A DNA stretch of 61,105 nucleotides from contig JBKQPS010000178.1 in assembly GCA_052144915.1 (NCBI GenBank), forward strand, positions 1 to 61,105, given 5' to 3'. A program made the position numbers and the translations under genes. This document shows positions 26,073 to 34,672 of the stretch, piece after piece. Below the pieces are notes generated by a model that saw only the letters and a list, made by a program, of their open reading frames with translations, was not told the origin of the DNA and ran no database searches. Every line of letters starts with the position of its first letter. Positions within the stretch are counted from its first letter, which is position 1. The stretch comes from Spirochaetia bacterium. GTDB lineage: Bacteria > Spirochaetota > Spirochaetia > SZUA-6 > Fen-1364.

Positions 26073-28155
26073 GCCCGGCTACATCGCCGCCCTGAATCCC
26101 GAGCAGCGGGCGGCGGTCGTCCACGCGGGTCCCCCCCTGTTGATCCTCGCCGGGGCGGGATCGGGCAAGACTCGCGTCATCACCACGAAGATCGCGCACC
26201 TCGTGGATCGCCACGGGGTGAATCCCCGCTCGATCCTCGCCGTCACATTCACGAACAAGGCTGCCCAGGAGATGAAGCAGAGGGTGCTCGCCATGGTGCC
26301 GCGCGCGGAGGAGGTGATGGTGAGGACCTTCCACTCCTTCGGGGCATGGTTCCTGAGGCGCAACGCGACGCTCGCCGGCCTTGACCCGGGCTTTCGCATC
26401 TACGACGAGGACGATTCCCTTGCGCTGTTGAAGTCGATTCTCGGCAAGGGCGAGGACAGGGGCTCTCTTCGCCGAAGCTACGACGAGATCAGCAGGCTCA
26501 AGGATCTCGGGATCGGCCCCGACGCACCCCGGGAAGAGATCGAGCGCGCCGGATGCGATCGGGATCTCTACGCAGCCTACGAGCGGAGGAAGGGCGGTAC
26601 GGGGAATGTCGACTTCGGGGACCTCATTCTCAAGCCGCTGCAGATGCTGCGGACGCACCCGGAGGTGAGGGGGCGCAGCCGGCAGCGCTTTCGCGTCGTG
26701 CTCGTCGACGAGTACCAGGACTCGAACGTGGCGCAGTTCGAGCTGCTGCGCGAGCTGTGGGAACCGGGCATCTACCTCTGCGTGGTCGGCGACGACGACC
26801 AGTCCATCTACCGCTTCCGCGGGGCGGAGGTGGGAAACATCCTTTCCTTTCCGCAGGTGTTTCCCGGCACGGAGGTGGTGCGGCTGGAGCGCAATTACCG
26901 CTCGACGCAGGCGATCCTCGATGTCGCTTCCGCCGTCGTCGCCCACAACACGGGCAGGCTGGGGAAGACACTCTGGACCGAGAACTCTCCCGGCGAGCCT
27001 CCCCTCGTGGCTTTCCTCGAGGACCAGGACGAGGAGGCGGATTTCTGCGCATCGATCGTCCGTAACGGCTTTTCCGGATCCACCGCGATCCTCTACCGAA
27101 TGAACGCGCAGTCGCTCCAGTTCGAGAAGAAATTCCGCGAGCAGGGGATACGGTTCCGCCTCGTCGGCACCGTGCGTTTCTACGCACGCGAGGAGGTGAA
27201 GGATGCGCTGGCCTACCTGTCGCTGCTGACCAACCGCAACGACGAGGTGTCGTTCCGCCGCATCGTGAACAGGCCGGGCCGCGGAATCGGGGCCGCGAGC
27301 GTCGAGAAGATCCTGGAAGAGTGGCGCTCCGAAGCTGCGGCCGGATCCGGCGCGGACCTCCTTGGCGCCGGACGCCGTGCCGCCGGACGCCTGGGCGGGC
27401 GGGCCCGGTCCGGGCTTGCGGACCTTCTCTCGTGCATCGATGAGCTCGCCGCGCTCGCCGCGGATGTCCCCCTCGCGGAGCTCGCGCGGGCGCTTCTCTC
27501 GCGCACGGGGTTGTACGAGATGTACCGGACGCGGGATCGCTCGGAGGACACGGCGAAGAGCACGAACCTGGAAGAGATGGTGAGCGACATGGCCGGCTAT
27601 GGGGCGGGGGCCTCCGCCCTCACGCAATTCCTGGAAAGCGTTGCGCTGGCCAGTCCCCTGGATGCGGCCGCCGACGAGGAGGCGCCCGTGACCCTCATCA
27701 CGGCGCACAACACGAAGGGGCTGGAGTTCGACCGGGTCGTGATCACCGGGCTGGAAGAGGGAATCTTCCCCCATGCATCCAGCTCGGGGAACCCCGAGGA
27801 CGTGGAGGAAGAACGGCGGCTGTTCTATGTTGGAGCCACGCGGGCCCGGCAGCAGCTCGTCATGACCTGCTGCGCCCGGCGCCGGCTGTTCGGCCGCACA
27901 ACGGAGATGTCTCCCTCGCGGTTTCTCGAAGAGGTGCCGGCGGGCATGGTCCAGGGCGCCGAGCGCGAAGCTCCGTCCGCGGAGGAGCCGTTTCCCGTCG
28001 GCTCGGGAGTCTTTCACGAGGAGTACGGCACCGGCGTGGTGGAAAGGACATGGTATAATGAGGGCACCCACCTCGTGCAGGTGAGATTCCAGTCGGGTCG
28101 GGTGGGCAAATTCCTCCCGAAATACGCGCGGCTGGAACGAGTGGAGCTGGACTGA
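26062..28155 (+). CDS. uvrD: ATP-dependent DNA helicase, UvrD/PcrA/Rep family
   Basis: LILAGAGSGKT (Walker A), VLVDEYQDSN, VGDDDQSIYRFRGA, YRS and TAHNTKGLEFD. Overlaps the rimO stop. Confidence 0.93.
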   Translation: MSDEPGYIAALNPEQRAAVVHAGPPLLILAGAGSGKTRVITTKIAHLVDRHGVNPRSILAVTFTNKAAQEMKQRVLAMVPRAEEVMVRTFHSFGAWFLRRNATLAGLDPGFRIYDEDDSLALLKSILGKGEDRGSLRRSYDEISRLKDLGIGPDAPREEIERAGCDRDLYAAYERRKGGTGNVDFGDLILKPLQMLRTHPEVRGRSRQRFRVVLVDEYQDSNVAQFELLRELWEPGIYLCVVGDDDQSIYRFRGAEVGNILSFPQVFPGTEVVRLERNYRSTQAILDVASAVVAHNTGRLGKTLWTENSPGEPPLVAFLEDQDEEADFCASIVRNGFSGSTAILYRMNAQSLQFEKKFREQGIRFRLVGTVRFYAREEVKDALAYLSLLTNRNDEVSFRRIVNRPGRGIGAASVEKILEEWRSEAAAGSGADLLGAGRRAAGRLGGRARSGLADLLSCIDELAALAADVPLAELARALLSRTGLYEMYRTRDRSEDTAKSTNLEEMVSDMAGYGAGASALTQFLESVALASPLDAAADEEAPVTLITAHNTKGLEFDRVVITGLEEGIFPHASSSGNPEDVEEERRLFYVGATRARQQLVMTCCARRRLFGRTTEMSPSRFLEEVPAGMVQGAEREAPSAEEPFPVGSGVFHEEYGTGVVERTWYNEGTHLVQVRFQSGRVGKFLPKYARLERVELD

Positions 28156-28952
28156 TGATGACGAGCAGGCACCTGATGAAAGATGTCCAGGGGAGCCGGG
28201 ATTTCCGCAATACGCCCATCCAGAAAGTGGGCATTCGCAATATCCAGTATCCCATCACCGTCCGGGACAAGAGCCGGGAGACCCAGCAGACCGTGGCCCA
28301 CGTGAGCCTTTCCGTGAATCTGCCCCACACGAACCGGGGCACCCACATGAGCAGGTTCATCGAGGTCCTGGACCGGTTCAAGAACGAGGTGAGCTACCAG
28401 AGCCTCGACCTCATCCTCATCGAGATCAAGAAAGCGCTGAAGGCGGAGGAGTCCCACATCGAGCTCGCTTTTCCGTTTTTCCTGAGGAAGCGAGCTCCCG
28501 TTTCCGGCCTGGAATCGCTCATGTCGTACGAGTGCGTGATCGAGGCGACCTACATGAGCCACCTGGAAATCGCCACGCGTGTCGAAGTGCCCGTCCACAC
28601 GCTCTGCCCCTGTTCGAAGGAGATTTCCGATTTCTCCGCCCACAACCAGAGGGGGACCGTTTCCATCACGGTGGGGATGACGAAGTTCATCTGGATCGAG
28701 GACCTCATCCAGATCGCGGAAGAATCGGCCTCCAGCCCCGTGTACGCCCTCCTGAAACGCGAGGATGAGAAGCACATCACCGAGCGCGCGTACGAGAACC
28801 CCCGGTTCGTGGAGGACATCGTGCGGGAGGTCTCCCTCCGCCTGGAGACGCTCCCGGGGATACGCTTCCACGTGATCGAGGCGGAGAACTTCGAATCGAT
28901 CCACAATCACAGCGCCTACGCGGTCATCGCGAAGAGGGCGGATGCAGGATAG
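28155..28952 (+). CDS. folE2: GTP cyclohydrolase FolE2 (type IB)
   Basis: VGIRNIQYPITV, NRGTHMSRF, CPCSKEIS and HNQRG motifs. 265 aa. Its ATG overlaps the helicase TGA. Confidence 0.88.
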   Translation: MMTSRHLMKDVQGSRDFRNTPIQKVGIRNIQYPITVRDKSRETQQTVAHVSLSVNLPHTNRGTHMSRFIEVLDRFKNEVSYQSLDLILIEIKKALKAEESHIELAFPFFLRKRAPVSGLESLMSYECVIEATYMSHLEIATRVEVPVHTLCPCSKEISDFSAHNQRGTVSITVGMTKFIWIEDLIQIAEESASSPVYALLKREDEKHITERAYENPRFVEDIVREVSLRLETLPGIRFHVIEAENFESIHNHSAYAVIAKRADAG

Positions 28953-29757
28953 GCAGCTGCTGCGGGGAATCCCCGTCATTCGCCGGGCACGGGGATTTCG
29001 GCTCTACGACACGCAGGGGCGCCGTTACCTCGATCTCTTTCGCGATGGGGCGTTGATGGGTCACCGCGGCGAAGGCTCCCTGACGGCAATGAAATCCGCG
29101 CTTTCCCAGGGGCTTGCCGCCGGTCTCCCGTCGATCTGGGAAAAGCGGCTCCTTTCCACGCTCACCCGATTGTTCTCCAGGTATCCCGTGGTGCGGCTCT
29201 ACGCCTCGCCGGACCGGGCCCTCGAAGCGGCATCCCGCTTCCTGGGCGTTCACCCGGCGCCGCGCGATCCCGCGCTCGGCGAGGGCTCCGCCGGTGACTC
29301 GCTCGCGGCATTCTGGAGGCCATTTCTTCCATTCCCGGACGGCGTTCGCGTTCTCCTGCCCCTGCTGCCGATACACGTCTGCGGAGCGCCCGCCCCTGCC
29401 TGTTTTGCCGGAGACGCACCGCCCGCGGTTCCCCTCTCGGACGCCATCCCCGCTTTCATCCTTGCCGGGGCGATCCGTGGCTGCGCGGCGCTGCTGCGTT
29501 GCGACGAGGGCGCATGCCCTCTCTCGAACCCCGCGGTGGAAAAGGCCCTGGATGCCGCGCCGGGCTGGGCCCGCGTGGGCCCGTATATCCGCGCGGTGTT
29601 CCCCGCCGACACCTACGCGAAAGTGCACGCGGAGTTTCTGCGCGAGGGCGTTCTTCTCCACCCCTGGTATCCCGGGCCCAGCGTGCTGCCCGGAGAGTGC
29701 TCCCCGGGTGAGACGCGGCTCCTCGCCGATCTCTTCAGCGGTCTACCGGGAGGCTAA
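28942..29757 (+). CDS. Hypothetical protein with degenerate class-III aminotransferase (HemL-like) N- and C-terminal segments
   Basis: RARGFRLYDTQGRRYLDLF..GALMGH resembles the HemL N-terminus and FLREGVLLHPWYPGPSVL resembles its C-terminus. The protein is only 271 aa, and I found no recognisable PLP-lysine region. Confidence 0.6.
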   Translation: MQDRQLLRGIPVIRRARGFRLYDTQGRRYLDLFRDGALMGHRGEGSLTAMKSALSQGLAAGLPSIWEKRLLSTLTRLFSRYPVVRLYASPDRALEAASRFLGVHPAPRDPALGEGSAGDSLAAFWRPFLPFPDGVRVLLPLLPIHVCGAPAPACFAGDAPPAVPLSDAIPAFILAGAIRGCAALLRCDEGACPLSNPAVEKALDAAPGWARVGPYIRAVFPADTYAKVHAEFLREGVLLHPWYPGPSVLPGECSPGETRLLADLFSGLPGG

Positions 29758-29762
29758 GGACT

Positions 29763-30062
29763 ATGGGAATCGTCGTTTTCACGCAGGATGCCTCGCACCT
29801 CGCCCTCGGCGCGTTCGCGACGTTCTGCGCCATCCTCCTCTGGTCACGCACGCGCGACCTTGCGTGGACCTTTGTCATCATCGGCGCGATCCTGTCCTAC
29901 GCGGATATCGTGCTTGCGACTCTCCGCGGCTTCGGCATCCTCGGCGAGGACCTCCTGAGCTACCGGGGTGTCCCGGTCCTCCAGATCGCCCTCGCGGACC
30001 TGCCGCTCCTGTTCTCGGGGATCGGGTTCGTGGTCGCCGCGACCAGAAAACGGGCGCCCTGA
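29763..30062 (+). CDS. Small integral membrane protein
   Basis: RBS GGAGG. 99 aa with three hydrophobic segments. Sits in an operon gap with no competing frame. Confidence 0.6.
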   Translation: MGIVVFTQDASHLALGAFATFCAILLWSRTRDLAWTFVIIGAILSYADIVLATLRGFGILGEDLLSYRGVPVLQIALADLPLLFSGIGFVVAATRKRAP

Positions 30063-30064
30063 CG

Positions 30065-31618
30065 ATGGCCCAGATCCGCGTCATTCCCGCCCGCGACGAG
30101 GCGAACATCGAGCAGAAGCTCGTGACGCTGCTCCTGGCAGCCGTCCAGGAGAAGCCCGACCTGATCATCTCCGTCTTTGCCGGCACGCCGGCTTTCGGCG
30201 CGTACCGCCTGCTGGTGGAAAGGTCGCGCTCCGAGCTCGTCGATTTCTCCCGGGTCCGGTTCGTCGTTTTCGACGAGCTGCTCACTGAGGGCGCGGCAAG
30301 CCGCGGCGGTGGCGGCACGGAGCCGTCCGCCGAAGACGGCACTCGCGAACCGGGCGCCGGGAAGTTCCGCGCCGTGCTCGACGAGCGGCTCTTTGTCCCG
30401 CTGGCCGTCCCGCCGGACAACGTCGTCGCCTTCTCGCCGTCCGGTGACCGCGCGGCGGAAACGGCGCGCATCTCCAGCTTCCTCGCCATCTCGGGAATCG
30501 ACATCGCGCTTCTTTCCGTGGACTCGCGCGGGCACATCGGTTTCCACGTCTCGGGGTCGGACCTCGAGAGCGTGGCCGGCACCGTGCGGGTGGAGAACTC
30601 TGCCCGCTGGGGAGCGCACGAGGCATTCTCGCTGGGTCTCGCGGACCTCGCGAAGGCGACGCGGATCCTCCTGTTCGCCGCCGGGCGCAACCTGGCGGAA
30701 ATCGTTCAGCGTCTCACGGAGGGGACATTCGACCCCTCCGTGCCCATTTCCGTCCTGCAGAGGCACGACAACGTGATCCTCATTGCGGATTCAGGCGCGT
30801 CTTCGCGCATCGCGCGAGAGGAACGGATCCACGGCTTCTACTCCGGGTTCTTCATCGTCGATGCGCAGTCGGCCCCCGCGGGACGCCGCGTGCTGGTCGT
30901 TTCTCCCCATCCCGATGATGCCCCGATCAGCCTCGGGGGGACCATGGCGATGCTCAGCGGCGCCAACCGCCTGGTGACCGCGGTCATGACCACCGGTCAC
31001 CGTTCCTTCATCTACGGGACACAGAGAGGGGAGCGGATCGCCATCCGCGAGGCCGAGGTGGTGAAGGAGTCGCGTTTCCTCGGCGTCGAACCGCGGTTCC
31101 TGCGGCTGCCGTTCTACGACAACAACTATGAAATCTCCGAACGCGACCGCGACATTTTTCTCACCCTGCTGCGGGAGCTCGATCCCGACTGGATCTTCAT
31201 GCCGCACCCGAAGGACAGCCATCCCGCGCACGCGGCCAGCCGGGCCGTCGTCGTCGAGTGCCTCCGGCGGTTTCTCGATGGGACGAAGAAAGTGGTGGAT
31301 CTATGGAACTACGAGGGCCCATGGGCGCTGTTCAACAGGGGGGACTTCAACGCCATCGTGACCGTGCCGCGCCTGGCGTTCGACCGGAAGCTGCAGGCCA
31401 TCCGCGCGCATGAATCACAGGTGGCGCGCACGCCGTACGACGTCGCCGCTGATTCCCTGGCGAGGCTGCGCTCCGCCCTGGTACCGGAATCCGAGCTCGC
31501 CGGATTCGGGGCCCGCCCGCCCCGCCTGGACGCGTGGCTCGAGCTGTTCTGGCGTGAGACGGCGCGCGGCGAACGCGCGGGAGCCGCGCCCGGACCGGAG
31601 CTGCCGCTGCACGAATAG
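30065..31618 (+). CDS. Fusion protein: NagB/6-phosphogluconolactonase-fold domain plus PIG-L (LmbE) deacetylase domain
   Basis: ATG 30065 (MAQIRVIPARDEA). The N-terminal half has DLIISVFAGTPAFGAY..SVDSRGHIGFH. The C-terminal half has VLVVSPHPDDAPISLGG and HPKDSHPAH. The 834-aa ORF extension upstream was rejected. Confidence 0.8.
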   Translation: MAQIRVIPARDEANIEQKLVTLLLAAVQEKPDLIISVFAGTPAFGAYRLLVERSRSELVDFSRVRFVVFDELLTEGAASRGGGGTEPSAEDGTREPGAGKFRAVLDERLFVPLAVPPDNVVAFSPSGDRAAETARISSFLAISGIDIALLSVDSRGHIGFHVSGSDLESVAGTVRVENSARWGAHEAFSLGLADLAKATRILLFAAGRNLAEIVQRLTEGTFDPSVPISVLQRHDNVILIADSGASSRIAREERIHGFYSGFFIVDAQSAPAGRRVLVVSPHPDDAPISLGGTMAMLSGANRLVTAVMTTGHRSFIYGTQRGERIAIREAEVVKESRFLGVEPRFLRLPFYDNNYEISERDRDIFLTLLRELDPDWIFMPHPKDSHPAHAASRAVVVECLRRFLDGTKKVVDLWNYEGPWALFNRGDFNAIVTVPRLAFDRKLQAIRAHESQVARTPYDVAADSLARLRSALVPESELAGFGARPPRLDAWLELFWRETARGERAGAAPGPELPLHE

Positions 31619-31670
31619 CGGGCGCTGCGCGTCGCCGGATCGAATGGCGCACAGCGGCGCGTCGCCGGCA

Positions 31671-31700
31671 ATAAAAAAAGCCCGGGCAGGCGCCGGGCTC
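31671..31700 (-). terminator. Rho-independent terminator downstream of the ferredoxin gene
   Basis: Hairpin GCCCGG-GCAGGCG-CCGGGC (31680-31698). On the minus strand it is followed by a run of seven T (plus-strand A-run 31673-31679). Confidence 0.7.
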
Positions 31701-31766
31701 TCGGCTGGATGCGACCAGCCACCGCGCGCACACTCGTCCGCGCGGTTTCGGTTGCAATTTCCCTTG

Positions 31767-31952
31767 CTACTCGAACAGGATCGCTTCCGCCGGGCAGTCG
31801 CTCGCTGAGTCGCGGACTGCTTTTTCGAGGTTGGGCGGCACCTCGGGGGTGATGACCTCAGCCGTGTCCTTTCCCATTTTGAAGACCTGGGGAACGCCGT
31901 CCGTGCACAAGCCGCAGGCAGTGCAGAGGTCGGGGTCTATCCTCACCTTCAT
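31767..31952 (-). CDS. Ferredoxin (single-cluster type)
   Basis: 61 aa. Has C..C..C (CTACGLC) plus a distal CP (SDCPAEAI), the classic small ferredoxin layout. Confidence 0.85.
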   Translation of the reverse strand: MKVRIDPDLCTACGLCTDGVPQVFKMGKDTAEVITPEVPPNLEKAVRDSASDCPAEAILFE

Positions 31953-32050
31953 TGCTGGCTCCTTCCTGATGTGATTGCCCGCCTTTTGCGCCGAGAGCAG
32001 CGAGCAGGACGACGATACCCTACTTCTCGCCCTTTTTCAATATCAAACAG

Positions 32051-32078
32051 TTGACACACCCCCCGATTTCGCTATCCT
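32051..32078 (+). promoter_or_regulatory. Sigma70-like promoter TTGACA-16-TATCCT
   Basis: -35 at 32051-32056 and -10 at 32073-32078, 35 nt upstream of ATG 32113. Confidence 0.4.
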
Positions 32079-32112
32079 TTGCGCAGAAAACGATTCCAAC
32101 CGGAGGCTTCGC

Positions 32113-32370
32113 ATGATCGCTCTTTCAATCGGCGTGATCCTCGTCCTTTTCGCGGTCTATTCGGTTCTGCCCGTGTCCTGGAGCCTGCAGTGGTGGCCCG
32201 AGGTTATCCAGTTTCTCAAGGGAGGAGTACCCATCCTCGCCGTCTTCATCGGGCTGATCGCATTCTTCGTCGGCGTGGCGGACATCAAGGACAAGATGGA
32301 AGCGAAGAAGGAGGAGGCGGAGGAGAAGGAAGAGGCGAAGAAGACCGCACCGGGCGCCGGGACTACTTGA
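32113..32370 (+). CDS. Small membrane protein with charged Lys/Glu-rich C-terminus
   Basis: RBS GGAGG. 85 aa with two TM segments followed by KDKMEAKKEEAEEKEEAKK. Confidence 0.55.
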   Translation: MIALSIGVILVLFAVYSVLPVSWSLQWWPEVIQFLKGGVPILAVFIGLIAFFVGVADIKDKMEAKKEEAEEKEEAKKTAPGAGTT

Positions 32371-32394
32371 CATTCCCCTGCCGGTATGTAAATT
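32367..32394 (+). promoter_or_regulatory. Sigma70-like promoter TTGACA-16-TAAATT upstream of rplM
   Basis: -35 at 32367-32372 (overlaps the preceding stop) and -10 at 32389-32394. This leaves a leader of about 70 nt before rplM. Confidence 0.4.
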
Positions 32395-32470
32395 TACCCT
32401 TCCTGCGGCCGCCGCGCCGCATTTCCTCGCGGTCACTCTTGGTGACATTCACGGAAGGGTTGAGACAAGG

Positions 32471-32902
32471 ATGAAAACGATATTCGTGAACCCGGCCGAC
32501 GTCGAGCACAAGTGGTACCTTGTCGACGCGGAGGGAAAAGTCCTCGGACGACTGGCGTCGCGCGTCGTGGCGGTGCTCCGGGGCAAGAACAAGCCGGAGT
32601 ATGCCCCCCACTGGGACATGGGCGACTCCGTGGTCATCATCAACGCAGACAAGATCGTGGTCACCGGCCGCAAGCCGGCGCAGAAGATGTACTACCGCCA
32701 CTCCCGGTACCCGGGAGGTTTCCGCGCGGAGCCGTTCGAGAAGCTGTTCGCCCGCAAGCCCGCGTGGCCGCTGGAGCGCGCCATCGAGGGCATGCTTCCG
32801 AAGGGAGCCCTCGGCCGCAAGATTTTCAAGAGGCTGAAGGTCTACGCCGGGCCCGAGCATCCCCACGCGGCGCAGAAGCCGATCAAGCTGGACATTCGCT
32901 GA
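32471..32902 (+). CDS. rplM: 50S ribosomal protein L13
   Basis: KWYLVDAEGKVLGRLAS..LRGK..Y.PH.D.GD.VVIINA..I..TG.K...K.YY.HS.YPGG is the canonical L13 sequence. Confidence 0.97.
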   Translation: MKTIFVNPADVEHKWYLVDAEGKVLGRLASRVVAVLRGKNKPEYAPHWDMGDSVVIINADKIVVTGRKPAQKMYYRHSRYPGGFRAEPFEKLFARKPAWPLERAIEGMLPKGALGRKIFKRLKVYAGPEHPHAAQKPIKLDIR

Positions 32903-32919
32903 GACACGAGGAGAAGAAC

Positions 32920-33312
32920 GTGGTCAAGAATCTGACGGTCGCGACCGGTAAACGAAAGACTTCCATCGCGCGGGTGTTCCTGAGGGACGGCACGGGCAAT
33001 GTCACGATCAACGGCAAGACGGTGGAGGAATACTTCGCCGGTCTCCCGACGGCCCAGAATGTGCGCGCCCCCCTTGATGTCACCAGCAACACGGGGAAGT
33101 TCGACGTCCTGATCTCCGTCCGCGGCGGCGGGATCTCCTCGCAGATCGAGGCGTGCCGGCATGGGATCGCGCGCGCGTTGAACGCGTATGACGCGTCCAA
33201 TCACGTGGCGCTGCGCGCGAATGGATTTCTCACGCGTGACTCCCGCATGGTGGAGAGGAAGAAGTACGGACAGGCAGGAGCCCGGCGCCGGTTCCAGTTC
33301 TCCAAGCGGTAA
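32920..33312 (+). CDS. rpsI: 30S ribosomal protein S9
   Basis: GTG 32920 with GAGGAG upstream. GKRKTSIARVFL..G.G.ITING and the C-terminal RMVERKKYGQAGARRRFQFSKR. Confidence 0.96.
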   Translation: MVKNLTVATGKRKTSIARVFLRDGTGNVTINGKTVEEYFAGLPTAQNVRAPLDVTSNTGKFDVLISVRGGGISSQIEACRHGIARALNAYDASNHVALRANGFLTRDSRMVERKKYGQAGARRRFQFSKR

Positions 33313-33331
33313 GGGAGACGACGCGGGGGAC

Positions 33332-33973
33332 GTGTCCTCGAGGACCGCCCCGGAAAGTCTCGAAGTTCTTTCGGTGGAGCTCAAGGGAGCCGCCGGAGAG
33401 ATGGTGCGCATCCACCTCTCCGACGGCTCTTTCTTTCTCCTCCATGCAGAGGTCTTCGCGCGCGCGGGGCTTTGCGCCGGCGCGCTCCTCGACGCCGAAA
33501 CGCGGGAACTGCTCCTTGCGCGCTCGGAACGGGTTCGCGCCCGCGTCCAGGCCCTGCGGCTGCTGTCACGGGCCGCGCACACCCGCCGGGGTCTTGCGCG
33601 CAAGCTCGCTGCCCGGGGTTTCGGACGCGCGGCGATCGGCCATGCCCTTGCCCGGATGGCCGCGCTCGGATACCTCGACGACCGGGCGTTCGCGGAGTCC
33701 TGGACGCGATCACGGCTTTCATCGGGGAAAGACGGCGGCATTGCGCTGTATCGAGGGCTTCTGGCCCGGGGAGTATCGCGGGCTCTGGCGGAAGACGTGG
33801 TGAGCGACCTGTACCCCCACGAGGAAGAGGTGCGTTGCGCTCGCCGCCTGGCATCGGGACTATCGCGCAACGCCGCCATTCGACGGCTCGCGGGGAGAGG
33901 TTTCCGCTCCCGGGCAATCGCCGCGGCGGTCAGGGAGATCCCGGGAACAAATCGTGAACTGAAGGCGGAGTGA
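33332..33973 (+). CDS. recX: RecX family regulatory protein
   Basis: Repeated three-helix modules (ALRLLSRAAHTRRGLARKLAARGF, ALARMAALGYLDDRAFAESW, LYRGLLARGVSRALAEDV). The start is uncertain: GTG 33332 or ATG 33401. Confidence 0.75.
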   Translation: MSSRTAPESLEVLSVELKGAAGEMVRIHLSDGSFFLLHAEVFARAGLCAGALLDAETRELLLARSERVRARVQALRLLSRAAHTRRGLARKLAARGFGRAAIGHALARMAALGYLDDRAFAESWTRSRLSSGKDGGIALYRGLLARGVSRALAEDVVSDLYPHEEEVRCARRLASGLSRNAAIRRLAGRGFRSRAIAAAVREIPGTNRELKAE

Positions 33974-34604
33974 AGCCGAATCGCGCGGACAGCACGACGC
34001 GCGCAAGGTCGAGCACGCGGGTGCACCTTTCGAGAATCGCGGAATCGGAGGAGGCGACGATCCCCGCGTACTCTTTCAGAGGGTAGTCGGCGCTGGCGGC
34101 GAGTGCAACTTCCGAGGTGAAAGGCAGGGACGCCAGGCGCGTGCGCAGCTCCTCCGCCATTCGTCCCGAAAAGGCAATCGGCATGTCGATGTAGACATCG
34201 AGCCTGCACGGTTGCAGGAGCACGATTTCATTGACGATCTCCTCGATCGCACGCCCTGTCGTCCCGGCTGCCCGGTAGCTTCCATGCGTGGCCGATGCGT
34301 CGCGCACCACGCCGTCATCGGCCAGGAAAACGACCTGCCCGCGGAGGTAACTCTCCACGGTGATGAGTACGTTGTACCAGTCCAGTCCGAGGGGCTGCCC
34401 GCTGACCCCGCTCGGCGTCACGATCTTTGCAATCCGTCGGGCGGCCGCGAGCTCGTCGATCGCGCCGCGAAACAGGCAGTTGCGCTGAGCTCGCGACAGC
34501 GCGTGCCTGTCTCCCACGAGCTTGAGCGTCGCTTTTTCCGGATAGCCCTTGCCCCGAAGGAGTTTGTAGGTCGCGCATGCCTCAGAGAAATTATTGGTTG
34601 ACAT
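33930..34604 (-). CDS. Hypothetical protein, DUF434-like N-terminus with a PIN/NYN-like C-terminal half
   Basis: YKLLRGKGYPEKATLKLVGDRHALSRAQRNCLFR resembles my recollection of DUF434. The C-terminal half has scattered acidic residues (LDWYNV, FLADDG, SSDSAIL). The family assignment needs an HMM check. Confidence 0.6.
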   Translation of the reverse strand: MSTNNFSEACATYKLLRGKGYPEKATLKLVGDRHALSRAQRNCLFRGAIDELAAARRIAKIVTPSGVSGQPLGLDWYNVLITVESYLRGQVVFLADDGVVRDASATHGSYRAAGTTGRAIEEIVNEIVLLQPCRLDVYIDMPIAFSGRMAEELRTRLASLPFTSEVALAASADYPLKEYAGIVASSDSAILERCTRVLDLARVVLSARFGFTPPSVHDLFPGSP

Positions 34605-34625
34605 TATGGATATAATTGGTATACT
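34598..34625 (+). promoter_or_regulatory. Sigma70-like promoter TTGACA-16-TATACT in an AT-rich gap
   Basis: -35 at 34598-34603 (overlaps the start codon of the divergent gene) and -10 at 34620-34625, 47 nt upstream of ATG 34673. Confidence 0.55.
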
Positions 34626-34672
34626 GAATAGTATTGAGAATTGGTCCGCAACGCACCGAAAGGATAGCAGAA

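Noticed and set aside
29114-30064. N-terminal extension giving an 834-aa ORF upstream of the NagB-LmbE gene. Similar extensions exist for 11696..13084, 12938..13573, 16484..16822, 53252..53416 and 54234..54392.
   Set aside because: The extensions overlap other supported genes or are Arg/Pro-rich. In each case an internal start with an RBS and a sensible N-terminus exists.
32371-32470. L13 leader-type ribosomal autoregulatory RNA upstream of rplM.
   Set aside because: The 100-nt gap holds a plausible promoter, but I cannot identify a conserved leader structure by eye. An Infernal search would be needed.
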